NCBI GenBank assembly: GCA_033855115.1
Contig: JAWVGJ010000075.1
Coordinates: 751 to 64,750, forward strand
Source of the DNA: Solirubrobacteraceae bacterium
GTDB lineage: Bacteria > Actinomycetota > Thermoleophilia > Solirubrobacterales > Solirubrobacteraceae
Direction of reading: 5' to 3'
DNA: 64,000 bases
The notes under the pieces are model-generated. The model did not search any database. It had not been told where the DNA came from and saw only the letters and a program-made list of their open reading frames with translations. How positions within the stretch are numbered: position 1 is the first letter of the stretch; each line of letters opens with the position of its first letter. Shown in pieces: positions 30,461 to 39,523 of the stretch. Position numbers and translations under genes: made by a program.

Positions 30461-30961
30461 ATGCTCCACGAGATGCAGGAGATGGTGATCTACGGCGTCA
30501 GCTTCGACATGGTTGGCAAGCAGCCGATCGTCCTGTTGAAGACCGTCGACAGCAACAAGTTCCTCCCGATCTGGATCGGGCATCCCGAGGCCGCCGCGAT
30601 CCTGATGAAGCTGCAGGGCGCGACGACGCCGCGACCGATGACCCACGATCTGCTGTGCGACATGCTCGGCGAGCTCGACGTCCGCTGCACGCAGGTCGCC
30701 GTCACCGAGCTTCGCGACAACACGTTCTTCGCCTCGATCACCCTCGCCGTAGACGGCAAGGAGATGGAGATCGACTCGCGTCCCAGCGACGCGCTCGCGC
30801 TCGCCGTTCGCTCAGGAGCGCCGATCTACGCCGCCGAGGAGGTCATCGCCGAATCGGCGATCGAGTTCGAGCACGACGTCGAGGACACCGAAGAGGTCGT
30901 CGAGAAGTTCAAGGACTTCCTCGATCAGGTCAGCCCGGAGGACTTCGCCGGCGAGGAGTGA
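30461..30961 (+). CDS. bifunctional nuclease family protein (DUF151/BFN)
   Basis: QPIVLLKTVDSNKFLPIWIGHPEAAAILMKLQG...PRPMTHDLL...SRPSDALALAVR. Start ambiguous (ATGs at 30461, 30473, 30482). Confidence 0.8.
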   Translation: MLHEMQEMVIYGVSFDMVGKQPIVLLKTVDSNKFLPIWIGHPEAAAILMKLQGATTPRPMTHDLLCDMLGELDVRCTQVAVTELRDNTFFASITLAVDGKEMEIDSRPSDALALAVRSGAPIYAAEEVIAESAIEFEHDVEDTEEVVEKFKDFLDQVSPEDFAGEE

Positions 30962-31893
30962 TCTCGCCGCAGCGCGAGGTCGACGATCCGCTCGATCAGC
31001 TCGTCGAACTCGATTCCGGCCGCCTCGGCGGCCTGCGGCAACAGCGACGTGTCGGTCATCCCCGGGATCGTGTTCGCTTCGAGCACCGTGAGCTCGCCGC
31101 TGGCGTCGTCGAGCATCAGGTCGACGCGGGCAACGCCCTGGCAACCGAGCACTCGCCATACATTGAGCGCGAGCTCCTGCGCGCGCACCGTCACCTCCGG
31201 CGCGAGCTGCGCCGGGCAGACGAACTGCGTGCGGCCGATCTCATAGCGGGCCTCGAAGTCGTAGAAATCCTCTTCGCGCGGCACCGCCTCGACGACCGGC
31301 AGCGCCTCGCCGTCGAGCACGGACACCGCGAGGTCGCGCCCGTGAACGTGGCGCTCGAGCAGCACCTTGTCGCCGTAGGAGAACGCCGCGACCAGCGCGC
31401 CGGGAACCTCCTTGGCCGCGCGGGCGAACTTGATGCCAAGCGCCGAGCCCTGGCCGGCTGGCTTGACGACGATTGGGAACTGCAGGCGCTCCTCGATCGC
31501 GGGCAGCACGTCAGCCGCGCCGAGCTCCTTGAACGCCGTCTCGTTGAACGCGAAGAAGTCCGGCGTCGGGATGCCGGCGTCGAGCATGTGGTTCTTGGCG
31601 ATGACCTTGTCGGCACAGCGGATGCACGCCGACACGCCCGAGCCGGTGTACGGCATGCCAAGCGCCTCGAGCAGTTCCTGGACCGTGCCGTCCTCGCCGT
31701 CGCGGCCATGCAGAGCGACGAACACGACCTCGGGCGCGGTCTGCTGCAGGCGCTGGACGAGGTCGTGGCCGACGTCGATGCCGATGACGTCATGGCCGCG
31801 GCGCTCGAGGGCGTCCTGGACGCGCGCGCCAGACTTCAGCGAGACGTGGCGCTCCAGCGAGCGGCCGCCCTTCAAGACCGCGATCCGCGTCAT
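30925..31893 (-). CDS. ddl: D-alanine--D-alanine ligase
   Basis: MTRIAVLKGGRSLERHVSLKSG...FVALHGRDGEDGTVQELLE..PYTGSG...VVKPAGQGSALG...LEANTIPGMT. ATG at 31893 inside track ORF 30925-33054. ATGA overlap with the upstream aminotransferase. Confidence 0.92.
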   Translation of the reverse strand: MTRIAVLKGGRSLERHVSLKSGARVQDALERRGHDVIGIDVGHDLVQRLQQTAPEVVFVALHGRDGEDGTVQELLEALGMPYTGSGVSACIRCADKVIAKNHMLDAGIPTPDFFAFNETAFKELGAADVLPAIEERLQFPIVVKPAGQGSALGIKFARAAKEVPGALVAAFSYGDKVLLERHVHGRDLAVSVLDGEALPVVEAVPREEDFYDFEARYEIGRTQFVCPAQLAPEVTVRAQELALNVWRVLGCQGVARVDLMLDDASGELTVLEANTIPGMTDTSLLPQAAEAAGIEFDELIERIVDLALRRDHSSPAKSSGLT

Positions 31894-33323
31894 CCCTCGC
31901 TCGCGCTGCGCCCGCCGCGCCGCTCCGACCGGGGCAGGTGCAGCACGTCTGCCAGGTCGAGATCGGGCTCGGTGGGCACCGGCTCGGCCGGCGACTCCAC
32001 GACCCGGTGCGTCCCGGTCAGCGTGCCGTACAGCTCGACCTGCTCGCGCACGACCTCGCCGATGCGCCGCACGCCCTCGCGGATGTCCGCCTCGCCTACG
32101 CCGGAGAAGTTCAGGCGCATGCTGCTCGCCCCTCGGCCGTCGAGGAACGCGGCGCGGCCGGGTACGAACGCGACGTGCTGATCCAGCGCGCGCGCCAGGA
32201 GGTCCGTCGTGTCGATGTAGTCGGGCAGCGTCACCCAGATGAACAGGCCTCCCTGCGGATGCGTCCAGCAGGACTCCGGCCCGAGGTTCTCGGCGAGCGC
32301 GTCGAGCATGACGTCGCGCCGGCGGCGATAGATCTCCTTCAGCGAGTGCACGTAGTCCTGCCAGCGCCCGCTGGCGAAGTACGCGGCGACGAAGAACTGC
32401 GTCAGCGACGACGAGCACAGGTCGGCCGCCTGCTTGCCGATGTTCATCTTCTCCAGCACGGGCCGCGGGCCGATGCTCCAGCCCAGGCGCACGCCGGGCG
32501 AGAGGATCTTCGAGAACGTCCCGAGGTAGATGACGAAGTCGCCGCCGTCCAGCGAGTAGAGCGTCGGCAGCGGTTCCCCCTCGTAGCGCAGCAGGCCGTA
32601 CGGGTTGTCCTCGAGCACGAGCAGCTCGCGCTGGCGCACGACCTCGACGAGCCGGCGCCGGCGCGGCAGCGACATCGTCGTACCGGCCGGGTTCTGGAAG
32701 GTCGGGACGGTGTAGATGAACTTCGGCCGGCGCCCGTCGCGCTCGAGCTGGTCCAGCGTGCGCTCGAGCTCGTCGATGCGCATGCCGTCGGCGTCGCCGC
32801 TGATCTGGATGACGTCGGCCTGGTAGGAGCAGAACGTCGGCACCGCGCCGGGGTAGGTCGGCGCCTCCGCGACGATCACGTCGCCGGGGTCGATCAGCGT
32901 CTTGCAGACGAGGTCGATGACCTGCTGGCCGCCGGACGTGACGAGCACGTCGTCGGGATGGATCTCCGTGCCCTCCTCGGCCATGACCTCGGCGATGCAG
33001 CCCCTCAGCCGCGCGAGGCCCTCGGTCGGGCCGTATTGCAGCGAGCGCGCGCACGAGTCGACGGCGACGCGGGTCATGATCGCGGCAAAGGACTCGGCCG
33101 GAAACGACTTGGTATCAGGCATCCCGCCAGCGAGCGAGATGATGTCGTCGCGCTCGGTCAGCGCCATCAGGTCGCGCATCGCCGAGGACTTCATGACCCG
33201 GGTGCGCGCGGCGAAGAGGCCGGCATAGCGCTCCAGGTCACGCGAGGTCTGACGGGGGCCGGGCGACGTCGCCACCCGCCGGGGTTCGACGGGGGGTTGG
33301 GCGTCCCTGTCGTCTATCGTCAT
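31890..33323 (-). CDS. PLP-dependent aminotransferase, class I/II (2-aminoadipate/aromatic aminotransferase-like)
   Basis: SSAMRDLMAL...ISLAGGMPD...YGPTEG...TSGGQQ...PTYPG...QNPAG...EDNPYG...GTFSKILSPGVRLGW. ATG at 33323. Confidence 0.85.
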   Translation of the reverse strand: MTIDDRDAQPPVEPRRVATSPGPRQTSRDLERYAGLFAARTRVMKSSAMRDLMALTERDDIISLAGGMPDTKSFPAESFAAIMTRVAVDSCARSLQYGPTEGLARLRGCIAEVMAEEGTEIHPDDVLVTSGGQQVIDLVCKTLIDPGDVIVAEAPTYPGAVPTFCSYQADVIQISGDADGMRIDELERTLDQLERDGRRPKFIYTVPTFQNPAGTTMSLPRRRRLVEVVRQRELLVLEDNPYGLLRYEGEPLPTLYSLDGGDFVIYLGTFSKILSPGVRLGWSIGPRPVLEKMNIGKQAADLCSSSLTQFFVAAYFASGRWQDYVHSLKEIYRRRRDVMLDALAENLGPESCWTHPQGGLFIWVTLPDYIDTTDLLARALDQHVAFVPGRAAFLDGRGASSMRLNFSGVGEADIREGVRRIGEVVREQVELYGTLTGTHRVVESPAEPVPTEPDLDLADVLHLPRSERRGGRSASEG

Positions 33324-33363
33324 GCGCCCCCACGCTACCGCACGTTTGCAACTGCTCATCGAC

Positions 33364-33924
33364 ATGCTCCAGGGCGCCGGTCTGGCCGGCGCTGCGGGGA
33401 TCCGCCCCTTCCTGCCAGCGCTCGTCGCAGGCGCGCTGGCGACCGCGAACTTCGGCGTCGACTACGAGCACACGCCGTTTTCGTTTCTCGAGCAGCCTGG
33501 CTGGCTGCTGGCGATCGTCGTCGCGACGATCGCGGTCGTCATCGCCGAGCGCAAGGGTGTCGCCGAGCGCGTGGTCGAGTCCTCGCTGCAGGGAATCGGG
33601 ATCGGGCTCGGCGCGCTGCTGTTCGCCGCCACGCTCGCCGACAACACGTCGGACTGGTGGCCGGGTCTGCTCGGGGGCGGGCTCTGCGCCGCGCTGGCGG
33701 CCGCCGCCACGCGCTCGCTCGTGACGCGAGTGCGCGCGCGCCTGGACGCCGAGGCTCGCAGCGCGCTGCCGGTCTACATCGAAGGCTTCGCGCTGCTGCT
33801 CGCAGCGCTGGCGATCGTCGTCGCGCCGATCTCCGTCCTCGCGCTCGGCTTCTTTGCCTTCATGCTGCGCGGCGGCAAACGCCGCGAGGGCGAGAAGTAC
33901 GCGGGCCTGCGCATATTACGGTGA
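33364..33924 (+). CDS. DUF4126-family membrane protein
   Basis: MLQGAGLAGAAGIRPFLPALVAGAL... followed by several hydrophobic helices. Start uncertain (33322 or 33364). Confidence 0.6.
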   Translation: MLQGAGLAGAAGIRPFLPALVAGALATANFGVDYEHTPFSFLEQPGWLLAIVVATIAVVIAERKGVAERVVESSLQGIGIGLGALLFAATLADNTSDWWPGLLGGGLCAALAAAATRSLVTRVRARLDAEARSALPVYIEGFALLLAALAIVVAPISVLALGFFAFMLRGGKRREGEKYAGLRILR

Positions 33925-35381
33925 GCCGTCCGCCCAAGCTCGTGCTGACCGTCATCGACGGGATGAAGCCGACCATGCTCGAACGGGCGATGACGTCCGG
34001 CACCGCCCCGGCGCTGAAAGCGATCGCCGAGCGGGGCACGTACGTTTCGGACTGCGTCGCCGCGTTCCCCTCGGTGACACCCGTGTGCGCGGCGACGATC
34101 GCGACCGGGCGGCTGCAGGACGAGCACCTGATCCCGTCGATGAACTGGTACTCGCGTGCGGAGGAGCGCTACGTCGAGTACGGGTCGTCATTTTCGGCGT
34201 CACGCAAGTTCGGCCTCAATCGCCAGCTCGTGGACACGATCTTCAACATGAACGCGTCCCATCTCTCGCCGGACCTGGAGACGATCTTCGAGACGCTCGA
34301 CGACGCCGACGTGCGCACGGCGGGCACGACGTACCTCATGTTCCGCGGTCGCCACCCGCACGAGATCTCCAAGGACTTCGCGCTCACCCGCGCGGCATCG
34401 CAGCTGTTTAAGCGCTCGGTGCTCGGCCCGCGCGAGCTCTTCTACGCCGACATCTTCGCGAGCCAGAAGACGAGCTGCTGGTCGCGGATGGGCCTGCCGG
34501 GGATGCGCGACCAGCACTCGGGCTGCGTCGGGTCCTACCTCGTCGAGCACGACCTGTTCGACTTCCTGCTGCTGTCGCTGCCCGACAACGACCAGCACTC
34601 GCACAAGAACGGTCCGCACGCGCAGATCCAGTCGATCGCCACTGCCGACGCCGAGCTGTGGCGGGTCATGGAGACCGGCGGCGGCGCGGATGCGTTCCTC
34701 GACGAGCACGCGATGATCGTCATGGCCGATCACTCGCACTCGCACATCGAGCGGACGATCGACCTGACGGGGCCGTTCTCGGACTGGAAGGTGTTGCAAC
34801 CGTCCGGGGCCAAGGCGCGCCACGCCGAGCTCGCGCTGTGCCCCGCGCAGCGCTCGGCGATGATCTATCTCCTGCTCGAATCGCGGGTCGCCGCGCTGCC
34901 GCGGGTGGTCGCGACGGCACGCGCGATCGAAGGCGTCGACCTCGTGATGTGGCTCGAGGACGGGCGGGCGCGGGTCGCGGGCGAGCGCGGCGAGCTGACG
35001 TTTGCGCCGGGCGACGAGGTTGCCGACCTGCGCGGCCGGCGTTGGGACCTCGACGGCGAGCTGGATGCGCTGCTGGGAATCGTGCAGGACGGCGTGCTGT
35101 CGTGCGATCACTATCCCGACGCGCTCGCGCGCGTGTGGGCGGCGCTGACCTGCCCGACGTCCGGCGACGTGCTGCTCTCCGCCGAGCCGAGCTACGAGTT
35201 CCCGGACTGGGGCAACCGCGCCCACGTGCGCGGCGGTAGCCACGGGTCGCTGCACCGCGTCGACTCGCTCGGCGCGTTGCTGTTCTGCGGCGTCGACGCG
35301 CCGCCCGAGCGCAACGACGGTCACTGGTCGATCGCCGACGTCGCGCCGATGGTGCTCGGCCACTTCGGTGCTCCCGGGTAG
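33921..35381 (+). CDS. alkaline phosphatase / nucleotide pyrophosphatase-phosphodiesterase (NPP) family protein
   Basis: GTG at 33921 (GTGA overlap). LVLTVIDGMKP...AFPSVTPVCAATIATG (Thr nucleophile context), DNDQHSHKNGP, GSHGS. C-terminal part of track ORF 31938-35381. Confidence 0.75.
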   Translation: MSRPPKLVLTVIDGMKPTMLERAMTSGTAPALKAIAERGTYVSDCVAAFPSVTPVCAATIATGRLQDEHLIPSMNWYSRAEERYVEYGSSFSASRKFGLNRQLVDTIFNMNASHLSPDLETIFETLDDADVRTAGTTYLMFRGRHPHEISKDFALTRAASQLFKRSVLGPRELFYADIFASQKTSCWSRMGLPGMRDQHSGCVGSYLVEHDLFDFLLLSLPDNDQHSHKNGPHAQIQSIATADAELWRVMETGGGADAFLDEHAMIVMADHSHSHIERTIDLTGPFSDWKVLQPSGAKARHAELALCPAQRSAMIYLLLESRVAALPRVVATARAIEGVDLVMWLEDGRARVAGERGELTFAPGDEVADLRGRRWDLDGELDALLGIVQDGVLSCDHYPDALARVWAALTCPTSGDVLLSAEPSYEFPDWGNRAHVRGGSHGSLHRVDSLGALLFCGVDAPPERNDGHWSIADVAPMVLGHFGAPG

Positions 35382-35391
35382 CCTTTCTGGC

Positions 35392-35868
35392 ATGACCGAC
35401 GAGGCCGTGGCGGCGCCGGTCGCCGAAGCTGCGATCGAGGCCCGCCGCGGACGGCGGCGCCGACGCGTCCACACCGCCGTCCGCACGCCGGGCAACTGGC
35501 TGCAGCTGGTCCGCTTCTCCACCGTCGGCGCCAGCGGCTACATCGTCAACCTCGCCGTGTACGCGCTGCTGTGGGGCGCGGCCGGCTTCGACTACCGCGT
35601 CGCTGCGACGGGCGCCTTCCTCGTCGCCCTGACGAACAACTTCCTCTGGAACCGTGCCTGGACGTTCCGTGCCCGCGACGGCCACGCGGGCTTCCAGGCG
35701 GCGCGCTTCTGCGTCGTCTCGCTGGCGGCCTTCGTCGTTGGCCTGCTCGTGCTGCACATACTCGTCGAGCGGTTCGGCGTCGACGAGATCGTCGCCCAAG
35801 CAGCTTCGATCGTCTGCGCGACGCCCCTGAACTTCGTCGGCAACAAGCTCTGGAGCTTTCGCACCTGA
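35392..35868 (+). CDS. GtrA-family membrane protein
   Basis: LVRFSTVGASGYIVNLAVYALL...NNFLWNRAWTF...ATPLNFVGNKLWSFR. Confidence 0.85.
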   Translation: MTDEAVAAPVAEAAIEARRGRRRRRVHTAVRTPGNWLQLVRFSTVGASGYIVNLAVYALLWGAAGFDYRVAATGAFLVALTNNFLWNRAWTFRARDGHAGFQAARFCVVSLAAFVVGLLVLHILVERFGVDEIVAQAASIVCATPLNFVGNKLWSFRT

Positions 35869-37580
35869 GGGTCAGCCGCCGTACCCTGACGCGCGGCGCG
35901 GCGTGCTGCGCGGCACTGCTCGTCTGCCTTGTCGCTGCCGCCTGCGCCGCTGCGCAGGTCAGAGCGCCGGGCAGCGCCGGCGCGCCGGGATTGCCGACCG
36001 CGCTGCCGGGCACCGCGGTACGCTCGGACCAGCTCGTGACGCCCGCACGCGTCGATGTGCCGCCGGCCGGCCACGTGCTGACAGCCACGCAGGCCGGCGC
36101 GAAGGCCGACGCGCGAGACGAGGTCCGCAGCGCGCGCCGAACGTACCCCGGCTCGACCCGCGAGGTCTTCCTCAAGGGCCCTGACCGCTGGCAGGTGTCG
36201 TACTTCGCCAAGGTTCCTGCGGGTGCGCCCCGTAAGGAGATCGCGCAGGTGCTGATCGACGACCGCAGCGGCGCGGTGATGGAGGCCTGGAAGGACTTCT
36301 ATGTCCCGTGGACGATGGCGCGCGGCTATCCCGGCGCGTTCGGGCGCATCGTCAACGCGCCGTTCGTCTGGATCCCGCTCGCGGTGCTGTTCGTCGTGCC
36401 ATTTCTGTGCCGGCCGCTGCGGATGCTGCACCTCGACCTGCTCGTGCTCAGCGCCTTCTCGATCTCGCTCGCGTTCTTCAACGCGGCCAACGTCGAGACC
36501 TCGGTGCCGATCGTCTATCCGCTGCTGCTCTACCTGCTCGGACGGATGCTGTGGATCGGGCTGCGCGGGCGCGACGCCCGATTGCTCGCGCAGCAGCCGC
36601 TGCGGCTGCTCGTCCCGGTGACCTGGCTGGCGATCGCGATCGTCTTCCTGCTCGGCTTTCGCATCGCGCTGAACATCATGAACTCGAACGTCATCGACGT
36701 CGGCTACGCGGGTGTCATCGGCGCCGACCGGATCATGGACGGCAAGAAGCTCTACGGCGCATTTCCGAAGGACAACGCCAACGGCGACACCTACGGTCCC
36801 GTCGTCTACGAGAGCTACATCCCGTTCGAGCAGGCGCTGAAGTGGAGCGGCCGCTGGGACGACCTGCCGGCCGCCCACGCGGCCGCGATCGTGTTCGACC
36901 TGCTCGCCTGCCTGCTGTGCTTTCTGGTGGGCCGGCGCGTGCGCGGCCCGGATCTCGGGATCGTCCTCGCCTACGCCTGGGCGTCGTTTCCCTTCACGCT
37001 CTACGCGCTGATGTCCAACGCCAACGACGCGCTCGTGGCGGTGCTCGTGCTGGCCGCGATGTGGGCGTCGGGCAGCGCGCCGGCGCGGGGCGCGTTCGTC
37101 GCGCTCGCCGGGCTGACGAAGTTCGCCCCGCTGGCGCTCGCCCCGCTGTTCGCCTGCCATCCGCGTCCGCGGCTGCGCACGATCCTGTCGTTCGCGGCCG
37201 GGTTCGTCGTCGCCGCCGCGCTGGCGTTCGCGCCGATCCTCGCGCACAACGACCTGCGCAGCTTGTGGGACGTCACGATCGGCTTTCAGGCGCAGCGCGG
37301 CTCGCCGTTCTCCGTCTGGGGCTTGTACGACCCGGACGTCGGCTGGCTGGACAGCGCGCAGCGCGCCGTGCAGGGGGCCGCCGTGATCCTGGCCATCGTG
37401 CTGGCGTTCGTCCCGCGCCGGCGCGACCTCGTCGGGCTCGCCGCCTGCGCCGCCGCGATCCTGATCGCGCTGCAGCTCGGCGTGTCTCACTGGTTCTACC
37501 TGTACATCCCGTGGTTCTTCCCGCTCGTGATGATCGCGCTGCTCGGACGCTCGGGGGCGCCGGCCCGGCGAGCGGCGTGA
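35865..37580 (+). CDS. polytopic GT-C-fold membrane glycosyltransferase (DUF2029/GT87-like) with an N-terminal extracytoplasmic PepSY-like segment; start codon unresolved
   Basis: Many TM helices and a GDTYGPVVYESYIPFE loop. The signal/TM-like N-terminus RVSRRTLTRGAACCAALLVCLVAAACAAA has no in-frame ATG, GTG or TTG between 35571 and about 35989. A CTG at 35865 overlaps the gtrA stop (CTGA). Confidence 0.6.
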   Translation: MRVSRRTLTRGAACCAALLVCLVAAACAAAQVRAPGSAGAPGLPTALPGTAVRSDQLVTPARVDVPPAGHVLTATQAGAKADARDEVRSARRTYPGSTREVFLKGPDRWQVSYFAKVPAGAPRKEIAQVLIDDRSGAVMEAWKDFYVPWTMARGYPGAFGRIVNAPFVWIPLAVLFVVPFLCRPLRMLHLDLLVLSAFSISLAFFNAANVETSVPIVYPLLLYLLGRMLWIGLRGRDARLLAQQPLRLLVPVTWLAIAIVFLLGFRIALNIMNSNVIDVGYAGVIGADRIMDGKKLYGAFPKDNANGDTYGPVVYESYIPFEQALKWSGRWDDLPAAHAAAIVFDLLACLLCFLVGRRVRGPDLGIVLAYAWASFPFTLYALMSNANDALVAVLVLAAMWASGSAPARGAFVALAGLTKFAPLALAPLFACHPRPRLRTILSFAAGFVVAAALAFAPILAHNDLRSLWDVTIGFQAQRGSPFSVWGLYDPDVGWLDSAQRAVQGAAVILAIVLAFVPRRRDLVGLAACAAAILIALQLGVSHWFYLYIPWFFPLVMIALLGRSGAPARRAA

Positions 37581-38788
37581 CGGGCCGCTGGGCGCTCATC
37601 TTGCCGGCGCTCGCGCTGGCGGTGCTGTGGGCCGTCGCGACGACGATCGGACCGTTCTCGGACACGACCGTCAACGACCTCTACGTCTACCGCTCGTACA
37701 CCGATCTGCTCGCGGGCGGCAACCTGCCGTACCTCGACTTCGGCTTCGAGTACCCGCCGCTCGCCGCGCTGCCGATCGGCCTCGCCGGGCTGCCCGGTCG
37801 CGACGAGGCGACGTACGCGGTCAGCTTCGCCGTGCTCATGGCGGTGTGCGCGCTGGTCGGCCAGCAACTCGCCGCGCGGCTGGCGGGCGACGCGCGCTCG
37901 CGGGAGGCTGTCGTGGTCGCGTGGCTGCTCGCGCTCGCGCCGGTCGTCATCGGCGCCTCCGTGCGCACGCACTTCGACGCGCTGCCGATCGCGATCGCGC
38001 TGGCGGCGCTGCTCGCCTTCGCGCATGAGCGCCCGCAAGTTGGGTTCGTCCTGCTCGCCCTGGGGACGATGACGAAGCTCTTTCCGGGGCTGCTGGCGGT
38101 CGTCGCGATCGTCTGGCTCGTGGCGCGCGGTCAGCGGCAAGCAGCGCTGCGGGGAGCGGTGATCTTCGTCGCCGTCGTCGTCGCGATCTCGCTGCCGTTC
38201 GCCGGCCGCGGCTACGTCGAGTCCTTCAGCTTTCACATGCAGCGCCCGGTGCAGATCGAATCGACCGCCGCGAGCGTGCTGTTCGCGCTCGGCGGCTCGG
38301 ACGTCACCGGCACGAACCTGCGCCCGGATCGCTTTAAGTCCAATGGCCTTGACGGCGGCCACTCAAACGCGGTCGCCGCCCTGTTCGCCGCCGCGCTCGT
38401 GCTCGCGCTGTTCTGGGTCGTCTCGCTCGCCGCGCGCAGCCCCGAGCCGCGCCAGCTCGTCCTCTGCGGCTTCGCCGCGCTGCTGGCGTTCATCACGCTC
38501 GGCAAGGTCTTCTCGCCCCAGTACATCATCTGGCTCGCGCCGTTCGCGGCGCTCGCCTGGGTGTGGCGCCAGCGTGCGGTCGCCCTGCTCGTGGCCGCTG
38601 CGATCGTCCTGACCCACGTCGAGTTTCCGAGCCGCTACTTCGACCTCATCAACGTCAAGACCAACGTCATCCTGATCGTCGCGGCACGCAACGCGCTGCT
38701 GCTGGTCGCGCTCATCGTGCTGGCAGCAGCACTTGCTCGATCGCGTCCGCCTTCATCGGCTGCGAGCAGCGCACCAGCACCCCCATGA
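37577..38788 (+). CDS. DUF2029/GT87-like polytopic membrane glycosyltransferase
   Basis: GTG at 37577 (GTGA overlap). DLYVYRSYTDLLAGGNLPYLDFGFEYPPLAALPI is a typical DUF2029 N-terminal loop, followed by multiple TM helices. Confidence 0.75.
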   Translation: MTGRWALILPALALAVLWAVATTIGPFSDTTVNDLYVYRSYTDLLAGGNLPYLDFGFEYPPLAALPIGLAGLPGRDEATYAVSFAVLMAVCALVGQQLAARLAGDARSREAVVVAWLLALAPVVIGASVRTHFDALPIAIALAALLAFAHERPQVGFVLLALGTMTKLFPGLLAVVAIVWLVARGQRQAALRGAVIFVAVVVAISLPFAGRGYVESFSFHMQRPVQIESTAASVLFALGGSDVTGTNLRPDRFKSNGLDGGHSNAVAALFAAALVLALFWVVSLAARSPEPRQLVLCGFAALLAFITLGKVFSPQYIIWLAPFAALAWVWRQRAVALLVAAAIVLTHVEFPSRYFDLINVKTNVILIVAARNALLLVALIVLAAALARSRPPSSAASSAPAPP

Positions 38789-39503
38789 GCCACGGGTCGT
38801 CGTCGGAGGTGTCGTAGCGCTCGGACATGTGCGTCACGAACCCCCGGATCGACTGCTCCTTGCGCACGCCGATCACGCCGCCGCGCGGCCCGGTCATGCC
38901 GACGTCCGTGATGTAGGCGGTGCCGCCCGGCAGGACGCGCGCATCGGCGGTCGGGACATGGGTGTGCGTGCCGACGACCGCGGTCGCGCGACCGTCGAGA
39001 AACCAGCCCAGCGCCACCTTCTCGCTCGTCGCCTCGGCGTGGAAGTCGACGAGCACGTGGTCGACCTTGCCGGTCAGCTCGCCGAGCGCCGCGTCGGCCT
39101 CGGTGAACGCCGGCCGGCCGGCGCGCAGGAAGAGGTTGCCGCTGAGGTTGACGACCCCCAGGCGCACGCCGTCGCGCTCGACGACGCAGGTGCCGTGACC
39201 GGGCTGGTTTCGCAGGTAGTTGTAGGGCCGCAGGATCTCCGCCTTGCGATCGAGGTAGTCGTACACCTCGCGGCGGTGGTAGGCGTGGTTGCCGAGCGTG
39301 ATGACGTCGACGCCGCTCGAGAACAGCTCGTCAGCGATCTTCGGCGTGATGCCCAATCCGCCGGCCGCGTTCTCGCCGTTGACGACGACGAACGTCGGTC
39401 GATGGCGCTCGAGCAGCGTGGGCAGGAGCCCCAGCAGCGTGCGCTTTCCGAGCGAGCCGACGATGTCGCCGACGAAGAGAATGGTCGCGGAGGTCTCTGA
39501 CAC
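38712..39503 (-). CDS. ymdB: YmdB-like metallophosphoesterase (TIGR00282 family)
   Basis: ILFVGDIVG...VVVNGENAAGGLGIT...ITLGNHAY...DFHAEATSEK...GTHTHVPTAD. GTG at 39503. Confidence 0.88.
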   Translation of the reverse strand: MSETSATILFVGDIVGSLGKRTLLGLLPTLLERHRPTFVVVNGENAAGGLGITPKIADELFSSGVDVITLGNHAYHRREVYDYLDRKAEILRPYNYLRNQPGHGTCVVERDGVRLGVVNLSGNLFLRAGRPAFTEADAALGELTGKVDHVLVDFHAEATSEKVALGWFLDGRATAVVGTHTHVPTADARVLPGGTAYITDVGMTGPRGGVIGVRKEQSIRGFVTHMSERYDTSDDDPWLMGVLVRCSQPMKADAIEQVLLPAR

Positions 39504-39523
39504 CGCGCATACTCTGACGTGGG

